Assembly: GCA_030390025.1 (NCBI GenBank)
Contig: JASTWF010000036.1
Span: 124,001-188,000, forward strand
From: Squalus acanthias
Taxonomy: Eukaryota
Length of the DNA: 64,000 nt
Reading direction: 5' to 3'
Positions 37,672-50,530 of this stretch are shown here, piece after piece. The translations under genes were made by a program, and so were the position numbers. Numbering within the stretch: the stretch's first letter is position 1; the number at the start of each line of letters is the position of its first letter. The notes below the pieces were generated by a model. It saw nothing but the letters and a program-made list of their open reading frames with translations, did no database searches and had not been told where the DNA came from.

Positions 37672-39600
37672 GCCCTGGCTCAGTGGGCAGCACCCTCGCC
37701 TCTGAGTCAGAAGGTTGTGGGTTCAAGTCCCACTCCAGAGTCATGAGCACAAAAGTCTAGGCTGACAGTTCCGTGCAGTATTGAGGGAGCGCCGCACTGT
37801 CGGAGGGGCGGTACTGAGGGAGAGCCGCACTGTCGGAGGGGCGGTACTGAGGGAGCGCCGCACTGTCGGAGGGGCAGTACTGAGGGAGAGCCGCACTGTC
37901 GGAGGTGCAGTACTGAGGGAGCGCCGCACTGTCGGAGGGGCAGTACTGAGGCAGCGCCGCACTGTCGGAGGTGCAGTACTGAGGGAGTGCCGCACTGTCG
38001 GAGGGGCGGTACTGAGGGACGCCGCACTGTCGGAGGGGCGGTACTGAGGGAGCGCCGCACTGTCGGAGGGGCAGTACTGAGGGAGCACCGCACTGTCGGA
38101 GGGGCGGTACTGAGGGAGCGCAGCACTGTCGGAGGGTCGGTACTGAGGGAGCGCAGCACTGTCGGAGGGGCGGTACTGAGGGAGCGCCGCACTGTCGGAG
38201 GGGCGGTACTGAGGGACGCCGCACTGTCGGAGGGGCGGTACTGAGGGAGCGCCGCACTGTCGGAGGGGTGGTGCTGAGGGAGCGCCGCACTGTCGGAGGG
38301 GTGGTGCTGAGGGAGCGCCGCACTATCGGAGGGGCAGTACTGAGGGAGCGCCGCACTGTCGGAGGGTCAGTACTGAGGGAGCACTACACTGTCGGAGGGG
38401 CGGTACTGAGGAAGCGCAGCACTGTCGGAGGGGCGGTACTGAGGGAGCGCCGCACTGTCGGAGGGACGGTACTGAGGGAGCGCCGCACTGTCGGAGGTGC
38501 AGTACTGAGGGAGCGCCGCACTGTCGGAGGGGCAGTACTGAGGCAGCGCCGCACTGTCGGAGGTGCAGTACTGAGGGAGTGCCGCACTGTCGGAGGGGCG
38601 GTACTGAGGGAGCGCCGCACTGTCGGAGGGGCAGTACTGAGGGAGCGCCGCACTGTGGGAGGGGCAGTACTGAGGGAGCGCCGCACTGTGGGAGGGGCAG
38701 TACTGAGGGAGTGCCGCACTGTCGGAGGGGCGGTACTGAGGGAGCGCCGCACTGTGGGAGGGGCAGTACTGAGGGAGCGCCGCACTGTCGGAGGGGCAGT
38801 ACTGAGGGAGCACCGCACTGTCGGAGGGGCGGTACTGAGGGAGCGCAGCACTGTCGGAGGGTCGGTACTGAGGGAGCGCAGCACTGTCGGAGGGGCGGTA
38901 CTGAGGGAGCGCCGCACTGTCGGAGGGGCGGTACTGAGGGACGCCGCACTGTCGGAGGGGCGGTACTGAGGGAGCGCCGCACTGTCGGAGGGGTGGTGCT
39001 GAGGGAGCGCCGCACTGTCGGAGGGGTGGTGCTGAGGGAGCGCCGCACTATCGGAGGGGCAGTACTGAGGGAGCGCCGCACTGTCGGAGGGTCAGTACTG
39101 AGGGAGCACTACACTGTCGGAGGGGCGGTACTGAGGAAGCGCAGCACTGTCGGAGGGGCGGTACTGAGGGAGCGCCGCACTGTCGGAGGGACGGTACTGA
39201 GGGAGCGCCGCACTGTCGGAGGGGCGGTACTGAGGGAGCGCGGCATTGTCGGAGTGACAGTACTGAGGGAGCGCCGCACTATCGGAGGGGCGGTACTGAG
39301 GGAGCGCCGCACTGTTGGAGGGGCAGTACTGAGGGAGAGCCGCACTGTCGGAGGGGAAGTACTGAGGGAGCGCGGCACTGTCGGAGGGGCGGTACTGAGG
39401 GAGTTCACCCCAGTGTCCTGGGGCCAATATTTATCCCTCAATCAACATCACTAAAGCAGATGATCTGGTCATTTATCACGTTGCTGTTAGTGGGAGCTTG
39501 CTGTGCGCAAATTGGCTGCCGCGTTTCCTACATTACAACAGGGACCACACTTCAAAAAAAGTACTTCATTGGCTGTGAAGCGCGTGAGGTGCGAGATAAA
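37672..39600 (+). mobile_element. tRNA-derived Deu-type SINE with internal 33-bp minisatellite (about 37777-39402)
   Basis: A box TGGCTCAGTGG 37676-37686, B box GGTTCAAGTCC 37720-37730; unit gagggagcgccgcactgtcggaggggcggtact; SINE 3' body resumes at about 39403. Confidence 0.8.
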
Positions 39601-39671
39601 TCCAAGTTTGTTGGAGGAATGGGGTTGTTAAGGAGCCTCATTCTCTAAGTGTAAACCTTGGCTTCCAATAG

Positions 39672-39791
39672 GACGTCCACCATGGGAACGGGACCCAGCA
39701 AGTCTTCTACAGGGACCCCAACGTGCTCTACATCTCCCTCCATCGCCATGACGACGGGAATTTCTTCCCTGGGAGCGGAGCCGCAGACGAG
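39672..39791 (+). CDS. HDAC7: HDAC7 exon with catalytic Zn ligands (DVH)
   Basis: aatag|...GAG|gtcagt; [40 protein letters not shown]. Confidence 0.96.
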
Positions 39792-40056
39792 GTCAGTGCG
39801 CCCTTGCGCTGGGGGCGGTAGAAATGGCTGCAGGGAGACCTCGGCACCTGTCCCCTCCATCTCCACCGTAGGCTCGAGACCGACGGGGTTATGGCCTGCT
39901 TCTTCCTGTGGGTCATCTGAGTTCGAGTTGGTCGCCGTCCCGTTAACAAGGGGCCGTAGCTTCATTGTCCAGCCTGGTGATGCTGACCGCCCATGTAGCC
40001 ATCCAGCCTGCCCGAGATTGCTCAGAGAGTTTGAGGAGCGGGGAAATAGAGGCATG

Positions 40057-41518
40057 CTGTATCTAACCCCGTGCTGTACCTGCCCTGGGAGTGTTTGATG
40101 GGATAGTGTAGAGGGAGCTTTACTCTGTATCTAACCCCGTGCTGTACCTGCCCTGGGAGTGTTTGATGGGACAGTGTAGAGGGAGCTTTACTCTGTATCT
40201 AACCCGTGCTGTACCTGCCCTGGGAGTGTTTGATGGGACAGTGTAGAGGGAGCTTTACACTGTATCTAACCCATGCTGTACCTGCCCTGGGAGTGTTTGA
40301 TGGGACAGTGTAGAGGGAGCTTTACACTGTATCTAACCCGGGCTGTACCTGACCTGGGAGTGTTTGATGGGACAGTGTAGAGGGAGCTTTACTCTGTATC
40401 TAACCCGGGCTGTACCTGACCTGCGAGTGTTTGATGGGACAGTGTAGAGGGAGCTTTACTCTGTATCTAACCCGTGCTGTACCTGCCCTGGGACTGTTTG
40501 ATGGGACAGTGTAGAGGGAGCTTTACTCTGTATCTAACCCGTGCTGTACCTGCCCTGGGAGTGTTTGATGGGACAGTGTAGAGGGAGCTTTACTCTGTAT
40601 CTAACCCCGTGCTGTACCTGTCCTGGGAGTGTTTGATGGGACAGTGTAGAGGGAGCTTTACTCTGTATCTAACCCGTGCTGTACCTGCCCTGGGAGTGTT
40701 TGATGGGGACAGTATAGAGGGAGCTTTACTCTGTATCTAACCCGTGCTGTACCTGCCCTGGGAGTGTTTGATGGGACAGTGTAGAGGGAGCTTTACTCTG
40801 TATCTAACCCCGTGCTGTACCTGCCCTGGGAGTGTTTGATGTGACAGTGTAGAGGGAGCTTTACTCTGTATCTAACCCCATGCTGTACCTGTCCTGGGAG
40901 TGTTTGATGGGACAGTGTAGAGGGAGCTTTACTCTGTATCTAACCCGTGCTGTACCTGCCCTGGGAGTGTTTGATGGGGACAGTGTAGAGGGAGCTTTAC
41001 TCTGTATCTAACCCGTTCTGTACCTGCCCTGGGAGTGTTTGATGGGACAGTGTAGAGGGAGCTTTACTCTGTATCTAACCCCGTGCTGTACCTGCCCTGG
41101 GAGTGTTTGATGTGACAGTGTAGAGGGAGCTTTACTCTGTATCTAACCCGTGCTGTACCTGCCCTGGGAGTGTTTGATGGGACAGTGTAGAGGGAGCTTT
41201 ACTCTGTATCTAACCCGTGCTGTACCTGCCCTGGGAGTGTTTGTTGGGGACAGTGTAGAGGGAGCTTTACTCTGTATCTAACCCGTGCTGTACCTGCCCT
41301 GGGAGTGTTTGATGGGACAGTGTAGAGGGAGCTTTACTCTGTCTCTAACCCGTGCTGTACCTGCCCTGGGAGTGTTTGATGGGACAGTGTAGAGGGAGCT
41401 TTACTCTGTATCTAACCCCATGCTGTACCTGCCCTGGGAGTGTTTGATGGGACAGTGTAGAGGGAGCTTTACTCTGTATCTAACCCCATGCTGTACATGA
41501 CCCGGGAGTGTTTGACAG
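40057..41518. repeat. 67-69 bp minisatellite, inverted relative to 16349-18752
   Basis: Reverse complement unit ...gtgtagagggagctttactctgtatctaaccc. Confidence 0.95.
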
Positions 41519-41599
41519 GTCAGGACAGTACAGAATTCCAATGGACCCAACCCCTTCCCATTCACTCCCTTTGAGCAAGTGGCCGTGCCCAAAATGGAC

Positions 41600-41765
41600 G
41601 TTGCTGTTTGTGGGAGCTTGCTGTGCGCAAATTGGAGTGCCACCTTTCCCGACTATAAAACAGTGGCCGAGACTTCAAACAAAAAAGTGCTTCTTTGGCT
41701 GTGAAAGCGCTTTGGGACGTCCTGAGGTGGTGAAAGGCGCTGGAGAAATACGAGTTTGTGCTTTA
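41600..41765 (+). mobile_element. Deu-type SINE 3' fragment
   Basis: ttgctgtttgtgggagcttgctgtg...gaaagcgctttgggacgtcctgagg. Confidence 0.7.
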
Positions 41766-41821
41766 AGTCCTTCCTTGCTGTGTTCCCCTCCACCTTGACC
41801 ACCTTGTGTTTCCCCCCTCAG

Positions 41822-41919
41822 GTTGGCAGTGGCCCTGGTGTTGGTTTTAACGTCAATGTGGCGTGGACCGGTGGCCTGGACCCTCCGATGGGCGACGCAG
41901 AGTACCTTGCTGCTTTCCG
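41822..41919 (+). CDS. HDAC7: HDAC7 deacetylase domain exon
   Basis: ctcag|...CG|gtaatg; [33 protein letters not shown]. Confidence 0.96.
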
Positions 41920-42103
41920 GTAATGGCTTCTTGCGTTCTGGCGAGTGTTGGGGGGGTTGGTGCGGAGGCGCGATGGAGGGACAGTGAATCGACCTGGGCG
42001 TCCCTTGCGTCAATGGCTACCGGAAATGTGTTTGATGGAGTTTCCTCAGTTTGGCTTGATTGGTGAAGTTTCAATGGATTTCTGCAGACGCCAAGACTCA
42101 TTG

Positions 42104-43902
42104 CAAACTGTGGGACTCCTCGCCCCCCAAACTGTGGGACTGCTCACCCCCCAAACTGTGGGACTCCTCGCCCCCCAAACTGTGGGACTCCTCACCCCCC
42201 AAACTGTGGGGACTCCTCACCCCCAAACTGTGACAGTTCTCATCTCCGAACTGTGGGACTCCTCACCCCCCAAACCTTGGGACTCCTCACCCCCAAACTG
42301 TGGGACTCCTCACCCCCCAAACTGTGACAGTTCTCATCTCCGAACTGTGAGACTCCTCACCCCCCAAACTGTGGGGACTCCTCACCCCCCAAACTGTGAC
42401 AGCTCTCATCTCCGAACTGTGAGACTCCTCACCCCCCAAACTGTGGGGACTCCTCACCCCCCAAACTGTGACAGCTCTCATCTCCGAACTGTGGGACTCC
42501 TCACCCCCCAAACTGTGGGACTCCTCACCCCCCAAACTGTGGGGACTCCTCACCCCCCAAACTGTGACAGTTCTCATCTCCGAACTGTGGGACTCGTCAT
42601 CCCCCAAACTGTTGGGACACCTCACCCCCCAAACTGTGGGACTCCTCGCCCCCCAGGGACTCCTCACCCCCCAAACTGTGGGACACCTCACCCCCCAAAC
42701 TGTGGGACTCCTCGCCCCCCAAACTGTGACAGTTCTCATCTCCGAACTGTGGGACTCCTCGCCCCCCAAACTGTGGGACTCCTCACCCCCCCCAAACTGT
42801 GGGACACCTCGCCCCCAAACTGTGACAGTTCTCATCTCCGAACTGTGGGACTCCTCACCCCCCAAACCTTGGGACTCCTCACCCCCAAACTGTGGGACTC
42901 CTCACCCCCCAAACTGTGACAGTTCTCATCTCCGAACTGTGAGACTCCTCACCCCCCAAACTGTGGGGACTCCTCACCCCCCAAACTGTGACAGCTCTCA
43001 TCTCCGAACTGTGAGACTCCTCACCCCCCAAACTGTGGGGACTCCTCACCCCCCCAAACTGTGACAGTTCTCATCTCCGAACTGTGGGACTCGTCACCCC
43101 CCAAACTGTTGGGACTCCTCACCCCCCAAACTGTGGGACTCCTCACCCCCCAAACTGTGGGACACCTCACCCCCCAAACTGTGGGATTCCTCACCCCCCA
43201 AACTGTGGGACACCTCACCCCCCAAACTGTGGGACTCCTCGCCCCCCAAACTGTGGGACTCCTCACCCCCCAAACTGTGGGACTCCTCACCCCCCCCGCA
43301 AACTGTGGGACTCCTCGCCCCCAAAATGTGACAGTTCTCATCTCCGAACTGTGGGACTCCTCGCCCCCCAAACTGTGGGACTCCTCACCCCCCCCAAACT
43401 GTGGGACTCCTCGCCCCCAAACTGTGACAGTTCTCATCTCCGAACAGTGGGACTCCTCACCCCCCAAACCTTGGGACTCCTCACCCCCCAAACTGTGGGA
43501 CTCCTCGCCCCCCAAACTGTGGGACTCCTCGCCCCCCAAACAGTGACACTTCTCATCTCCGAACTGTGGGACTCCTCACCCCCCAAACTGTGGGACTCCT
43601 CACCCCCCCCCAAACTGTGACAGTTCTCATCTCCGAACTGTGGGACTCCTCGCCCCCCAAACTGTGGGACTCCTCGCCCCCAAACTGTGACAGTTCTCAT
43701 CTCCGAACTGTGGGACTCCTCGCCCCCCAAACTGTGGGACTGCTCACCCCCCAAACTGTGGGACTCCTCACCCCCCAAACTGTGGGACTCCTCACCCCCA
43801 AACTGTGACAGTTCTCATCTCCGAACTGTGGGACTCCTCACCCCCCAAACTGTTGGACTCCTCACCCCAGACTGTGGATCTCACTCCCAAACTGTTGGAC
43901 TT
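42104..43902. repeat. About 25-bp minisatellite, inverted relative to 6930-11312
   Basis: caaactgtgggactcctcaccccc plus a gacagttctcatctccgaact variant. Confidence 0.93.
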
Positions 43903-43904
43903 CT

Positions 43905-44542
43905 CCATTGGGATTCTGTACAGTGGGAGTGAATGGGAAGGGGGTTTGGGTCCATTGGGATTCTGTACAGTGGGAGTGAATGGGAAGGGGTTGGGTCCAT
44001 TGGGATTGTGTACAATGGGAGTGAATGGGAAGGGGTTGGGTCCATTGGGATTGTGTACAGTGGGAGTGAATGGGAAGGGGTTTGGGTCCATTGGGATTGT
44101 GTACAGTAGGAGTGAATGGGAAGGGGTTTGGGTCCATTGGGATTCTGTAAAGTGGAAGTGAATGGGAAGGGGTTTGGGTCCATTGGGATTCTGTACAGTG
44201 GGAGTGAATGGGAAGGGGTTTGGGTCCATTGGGATTCTGTAAAGTGGGAGTGAATGGGAAGGGTTTGGATCCATTGGGATTCTGTACAGTGGGAGTGAAT
44301 GGGAAGGGGTTTGGGTCCATTGGGATTCTGTACAGTGGGAGTGAATGGGAAGGGGTTTGGGTCCATTGGGATTCTGTAAAGTGGGAGTGAATGGGAAGGG
44401 TTTGGATCCATTGGGATTCTGTACAGTGGGAGTGAATGGGAAGGGGTTTGGGTCCATTGGGATTCTGTAAAGTGGGAGTGAATGGGAAGGGGTTTGGGTC
44501 CATTGGGATTCTGTACAACGGGAGTGAATGGGAAGGGGGTTG
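43905..44542. repeat. 44-46 bp minisatellite, G-rich orientation
   Basis: Same family as 26880-27460. Confidence 0.93.
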
Positions 44543-44704
44543 ATGGTCAGTGACACTGCTTGCTTCTCTCCATCTCTTAAATATTTGTTGAACGTCTCCT
44601 TCTGACGAGGGTCTCTCGCGTGGGGGAGGTGAGCACCACCATTTCTCTCGTTACACTGCGACCGCCGAACCTCAACTAATGTCTCGTTTCCTGTCCGGTT
44701 ACAG

Positions 44705-44823
44705 GACGGTGGTGATGCCGATTGCCAAAGAGTTCGCTCCGGACGTTGTCCTTGTCTCCTCGGGATTCGATGCCGTTGAGGGTCATCCGCCCCAACTCGG
44801 GGGCTACAAGGTCTCGGCTAAAT
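44705..44823 (+). CDS. HDAC7: HDAC7 deacetylase domain exon
   Basis: tacag|...T|gtgagt; [39 protein letters not shown]. Confidence 0.96.
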
Positions 44824-45043
44824 GTGAGTGGACTCGCCCCACCCTTGGAGCATCACCTGCCTACTTGCAAACTATTTACCGCACAGAGACAGGCCATTCG
44901 GCCCAACGTGTCCGTGCCGGTGTTTATGATCCACACCAGCCTCCTCCCCACCCCTACTTCATCTCACCCTATCACCATATCCGTCTATTCCTTTCTCCCT
45001 CGTGTGTTTATCCAGCTTCCCCCTTAAATGTACCTGTGGCGTA

Positions 45044-45752
45044 ACCTCGCCTCTGAGTCAGAAGGTTGTTGGTTGAGGGAGCGCCGCACTGTCGGAGGGG
45101 CGGTACCGAGGGAGCGCCGCACTGTCGGAGGGGCAGTACTGAGGGAGAGCCGCACTGTCGGAGGGGCGGTACTGAGGGAGCGCCGCACTGTGGGAGGGGC
45201 GGTACTGAGGGAGCGCCGCACTGTCGGAGGGGCGGTACTGAGGGAGCGCCGCACTGTCGGAGGGGCGGTACTGAGGGAGCGCCACACTGTCGGAGAGGCA
45301 GTACTGAGGGAGCGCCGCACTGTCGGAGGGGCAGTACTGAGGGAGCGCCGCACTGTCGGAGAGGCAGTACTGAGGGAGCCCCGCACTGTCGGAGGGGCAG
45401 TGCTGAGGGAGCGCCGCACTGTCGGAGGGACCATCTTTCAGATGAGACGTTAAACCGAGGCCCCGTCTGCTCTCTGGTGGGCATAAAAGATCCCATTGCA
45501 CTATTTCGAAGAAGAGCAGGGGGAGTTCTCCCCGGTGTCCTGGGGCCAATATTTATCCCTCAACCAACATCACTAAAAAACAGATGATCTGGTCATTTAT
45601 CACATTGCTGTTTGTGGGAGCTTGCTGTGTGCAATTTGGCTGCCGCGTTTCCTACATTACAACAGTGACCACACTTCAAAAAAAGTACTTCATTGGCTGT
45701 GAAGCGCTTTGGGACGTCCTGAGGTGGTGAAAGGGGCTGGAGAAATGCGAGT
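45044..45752 (+). mobile_element. Deu-type SINE with internal 33-bp array (45074-45429)
   Basis: Partial tRNA head, array, then ttaaaccgaggccccgtctgc...aaaagatccc...gctttgggacgtcctgagg. Confidence 0.8.
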
Positions 45753-46280
45753 TCGATCTTCTACGCTATTCACCTCAACCACTCCTTGTGGTAGAGAGTT
45801 CCACATTCTCACCACTCTCTGGGTAAAGAATTCCCTATTGGATTTATTAGTGACTATCTTGTATTGATGGCCCCTAGTTCTGGTCTCCCCAACAATCTTC
45901 TCTACGTCTACCCTATCGAAACCCTTCATAATTTTAAAGACCTCGATCAGGTCACTCCTCAGCCTTCTCTATTCTGGAGAAAAGAGCCCCAGCCTGTTCA
46001 GTCTTTCCTGATAGTTATAAACCTCTCAGTTCTGGTCTCATCCTATCTTGTCATTGTCGGAGGATATTGACGCAGACAGAGGTGAGGTCAGTAATGGAGA
46101 AGTAATCAGGATATATCCAGCGGTGACATCAGGCACTCCCGGGGAATCTGTCTGGGTCAGTGTCGGAGAGACTGGGATAGACTGCGGTATCCCTGGGACT
46201 AGGGAGGGCGTTAATCGGCCAGGGCTCCGGCTCCTGCTCACTGTCCAGTGACTCCTGCTTGGAACTGTGTTTGTGCGTAT

Positions 46281-46738
46281 GTGTGTGTGAGCACGTGTGT
46301 GTGTGTGAGCACGTGTGTGTGTGTGAGCACGTGTGTGTGTGTGAGCACGTGTGTGTGTGAGCACGTGTGTGTGTGAGCGTGTGTGTGTGTGAGCACGTGT
46401 GTGTGTGAGCGTGTGTGTGTGTGAGCACGTGTGTGTGTGAGCACGTGTGTGTGTGAGCACGTGTGTGTGTGAGCACGTGTGTGTGTGTGAGCACATGTGT
46501 GTGTGTGAGCACGTGTGTGTGTGAGCACGTGTGTGTGTGAGCACGTGTGTGTGTGAGCACGTGTGTGTGTGAGCACGTGTGTGTGTGTGAGCACGTGTGT
46601 GTGTGAGCACGTGTGTGTGTGTGAGCACGTGTGTGTGTGTGAGCACGTGTGTGTGTGAGCACGTGTGTGTGTGAGCACGTGTGTGTGTGAGCACGTGTGT
46701 GTGTGTGAGCACGTGTGTGTGTGAGCACGTGTGTGTGT
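46281..46738. repeat. (GT)n-based 16-18 bp repeat gagcacgtgtgtgtgt
   Basis: About 24 CACGTG-containing units. Confidence 0.93.
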
Positions 46739-46804
46739 GGACCCATGGAGTGAGAACAAGTTTGGGGTCAGTCTTGAAGTCTCCCTCACAGTCACACGTT
46801 GAGT

Positions 46805-48075
46805 TATAAGAACATAAGAATTAGGAGCAGGAGGAGGCCATTCGGCCCCTCGAGCCTGCTCCGCCATTCAATGAGATCATGGCTGATCACCGACCTCAAC
46901 TCCACTCTCCCGCCCGATCCCCATATCCCTCGATTCCCCTAGAGTCCAAAAATCTATCGATCTCTGTCTTGAGTATACTCAACGACTGAGCATCCACAGC
47001 CCTCTGGGGTAGAGAATTCCAAAGATTCACCACCCTCTGAGTGAAGAAATTCCTCCTCATCTCAGTCCTAAATGGCCGATCCCTTATCCTGAGACTGTGA
47101 CCCCTGGTTCTAGACTCCCCAGCCAGGGGGGAAAACATCCTCTCAGCATTTAAGAAAAGATATACTTGCTCTGGAGGCAGTTCAGAGAAGGTTCACTCGG
47201 TTGATTCCGGAGATGAGGGGGTTGACTTATGAGGAAAGGTTGAGTAGGTTGGGCCTCTACTCATTGGAATTCAGAAGAATGAGAGGCGATCTTATCGAAA
47301 CATATAAGATTGTGAGAGGGCTTGATCGGGTGGAGGCGGGGAGGATGTTTCCACTGATGGGTGAGACTAGAACTAGGGGGCATCATCTTAGAATAAGGGG
47401 CTGCCGTTTCAAAACTGAGATGAGGAGAAACTTCTTCACTCAGAGGGTAGTAAATCTATGGAATTTGCTACCTCAGAGAGCTGTGGAAGCTGCGACATTA
47501 AATAAATTTAAAACGGAGATAGACAGTTTCCTAGCTGATGAGGGAATTAAGGGTTATGGGGAGCGGGCAGGGAAGTGGACGTGAGTCTAGGTTCGGATCA
47601 GCCATGATCCTATTGAATGGCAGGAGCAGGCCCGAGGGGCCATATGGCCGACTCCTGCTCCTACTTCTTATGTTCTTATCTACCCTGTCAAGCCCTGTAA
47701 GAATCTTGTATGTTTCAGTGAGATCACCTCTCATTCTTCTAAACACTAGAGAATATAGGCCTAGTCTACTCAATCTCTCCTCACAGGACAATCCCCCCCA
47801 TCCCAGGAATCAATCTAGTGAACCTTCGTTGCACTCCCTCCTATGGCAAGTATATCCTTCCTTAGGTAAAGAGACCAAAACTGTGCACAGTACTCCAGGT
47901 GTGGTCTCACCAAGGCCCTGTACAATTGTAGCAAGACTTCCTTACTCTTGTACTCCAACCACCTTGCAATAAAGACCCACATACCATGTGCTTTCCTAAT
48001 TGCTTGCTGTACCTGCATGTTAACTTTCAGTGATTCGATTACAAGGACCCCCAAACCCCCTCTGAACACCAACAT
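46805..48075. mobile_element. Minus-strand CR1 split by a plus-strand CR1 (about 47150-47677)
   Basis: ...cctctcagcat | insert | tctaccctgtcaagcc rejoins cleanly; both encode the CR1 ORF2 C-terminus. Confidence 0.85.
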
Positions 48076-48224
48076 TTACTGTCGTCACGCGACTGACGGA
48101 GAGTCGGGAAGTTGTTAGTCCGCTGAGGGACACAACCTCAGTGCTGGAGGAGGGAGAGATGGAGAGGAGGAGAATTCGATCGCGAGAGAGAGAAACAAAG
48201 ATACTAATATACGAGGAACCTTGG

Positions 48225-49253
48225 AACATAGGAGTAGGAGGAGGCCATTCAGCCCCCTCGAGCCTGTTACATTAGGAACAGGAGGAGGCCATTCAGCCCC
48301 CCTCGAGTCTGTTACATTCGGAACAGGAGGAGGCCATTCAGCCCCTCGAGCCTGTTACATTCGGAACAGGAGGAGGCCATTCAGCCCCCCTCGAGCCTGT
48401 TACATTAGGAACAGGAGGAGGCCATTCAGCCCACTCGAGCCTGTTACATTAGGAACAGGAGGAGGCCATTCAGCCCCTCGAGTCTGTTACATTAGGAACA
48501 GGAGGAGGCCATTCAGCCCCTCGAGCCTGTTACATTAGGAACAGGAGGAGGCCATTCAGCCCCCCTCGAGACTGTTACATTAGGAACAGGAGGAGGCCAT
48601 TCAGCCCCCTTGAGCCTGTTACATTAGGAACAGGAGGAGGCCATTCAGCCCCCCTTGAGCCTGCTCCGCCATTCAATGAGATCATGGGCTGATCTGCGAC
48701 CTAACTCCATAAACCCGCCTTTGCCCCGAATCCCTTAATACCCTTTGGTTAACAAAAATCTATCAATCTCAGGTTTAAAATTAACAATTGACCCCCCAGC
48801 ATCAATTGCCGTTTGCGGAAGAGAGTTCCAAACTCCTACCACCCTTTGTGTGTAGAAGTGTTTCCTAACTTCACTCCTGAAAGGTTTGGCTCTAATTTTT
48901 AGACTCTGCCCCCTAGTCCCAGACTCCCCAACCAGCGGAAATAGTTTCTCTCTATCTACCCTGTCTGTTCCCCTTAATATCCTGAAAACTTCGATCAGAT
49001 CACCCCTTAACCTTCTAAATTCTTGGGAATACAACCCTAGTTTGTGTAATCTCTCCTCGTAACTTAACCCTTGCAGTCCAGGTATCGTTCTGGTAAACCT
49101 ACGCTGCACTCCCTCCAAGGCCAGTATATCCTTCCTAAGGTGTGGTGCCCAGAACTGCTCACAGTGCTCCAGCTGTGGTCTAACCAGGGCTTTGTATAGC
49201 TGCAGCATGACTTCTACCCCCTTGTACTCTAGTCCTCCAGATATAAAGGCCAT
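48225..49253 (-). mobile_element. CR1 3' fragment whose tail is amplified into a 43-46 bp minisatellite (48235-48660)
   Basis: MAFISGGLEYKG...RPQLEHCEQFWAP; array inverted relative to 29355-30840. Confidence 0.88.
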
Positions 49254-49307
49254 TAGGGGATTAATGCCACAGGTTTGTGACCCTGTTTCTTGTACTTGCC
49301 CCGCTAG

Positions 49308-49441
49308 GCTTCGGCTATCTGACTCGTCAGCTGATGACGCTCGCCGACGGACGCGTTGTCATGGTGTTGGAGGGCGGCCATGATCTCACCGCTATCTGTG
49401 ATGCGTCGGAGGCGTGCGTTACTGCGTTACTGGGCAAGGAG
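49308..49441 (+). CDS. HDAC7: HDAC7 exon with the class IIa-defining His (LEGGHDL)
   Basis: gctag|...GAG|gtacga; [45 protein letters not shown]; His codon at 49379-49381 where class I enzymes have Tyr. Confidence 0.96.
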
Positions 49442-50445
49442 GTACGATCCGTCTGAGAGAGAGAGGGAGCGCGCCCAACTCTCCATCTTTGCTCCCTCCG
49501 GCTCTCACCGCGGCTGGTTTTAGTGACACCGGGCTGCGCGGTGCGAGGGAACGTCTGGGATTGGTGTCTGGCTTCCCGCGATATTGCCAGGGAATTTGCC
49601 CTCCCCACCACCCCCCGGGTCCGGTCTTTGGCGTTCAACGTTGAAAGCGTCAACCGCAGATGGCGGAGGTGTAAGGGGGGGGGGGGGCGGGTGAGGGCGT
49701 CGTAGCGACGCACTCCTTACTCCACGGGCGATATCGCAAGCGAGCGTTTCTACGTGAGAGAGAGATAGTGTGAGAGAGGGAGCGGGAGAGAGTGTGAGAG
49801 GAGGAGGAGAGGGAGAAACAGAGAGAGAGAGGAGGAGAGGGAGAGAGTGTGAGAAAGAGGGAGAGAGAGGGAGAGGGAAAGGGAGAGAGGGAGAGAGAGC
49901 GTGAGAGAGAGAGAGTGCAATAGAGAGGAGAGGGTGAGGAGAGGGAGAGAGTGCAGTTGAGAGAGAGAGTATGTGAGAGAGACAGAGAGAGAGAGCGTGA
50001 GAGAGGGAGCGGGAGAGCATGTGAGAGAAAGAGGAGGAGGAGGAGAGGGAGAAACAGAGAGAGAGGAGGAGAGGGAGAGAGTGTGAGAAAGAGAGGAGAG
50101 GGAGAGAGAGGGAGAGGGAAAGGGAGAGAGAGAAAGAGAGGTGAGGGAGAGAGAGAGTGTGAGAAAGAGGAGAGGGAGAGAAAGAGAGGAGAGGGAGAGA
50201 GAGAGTGTGAGAAAGAGGAGAGGGAAAGAGTGCAAGAGAGAGGAGGAGGAGAGGGAGAGAATGTGAGAGAGAGGAGAGAGAGAGAGAGGGAGGAGGAGAG
50301 GGAGAGAATGTGAGAGAGAGGAGAGAGAGAGAGAGGGAGGAGGAGAGGGAGAGAATGTGAGAGAGAGAATGTGAGAGAGAGCGGGGTAGGAGGGCAGTGA
50401 ATAATCTCACTTTAACTATTAACCTGGTTGTCCATCTCCCCTCAG

Positions 50446-50530
50446 CTGGAGTCATTGCCCGACCAGGTGTTACAGCAAAGACCCAACAGTAATAGCGTGC
50501 AGTCCCTGGACAGAGTGATTCAAGTACAGA
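50446..50530 (+). CDS. HDAC7: HDAC7 coding exon
   Basis: ctcag|...A|gtgagt; LESLPDQVLQQRPNSNSVQSLDRVIQVQ. Confidence 0.94.

Noticed and set aside
37672..37745. tRNA gene
   Set aside because: A and B boxes run straight into a SINE body, so this is a tRNA-derived SINE head.
32547..37760. Very long ORFs (817-1550 aa)
   Set aside because: Translations of the 44-bp minisatellite, open in several frames at once, and intronic to HDAC7.
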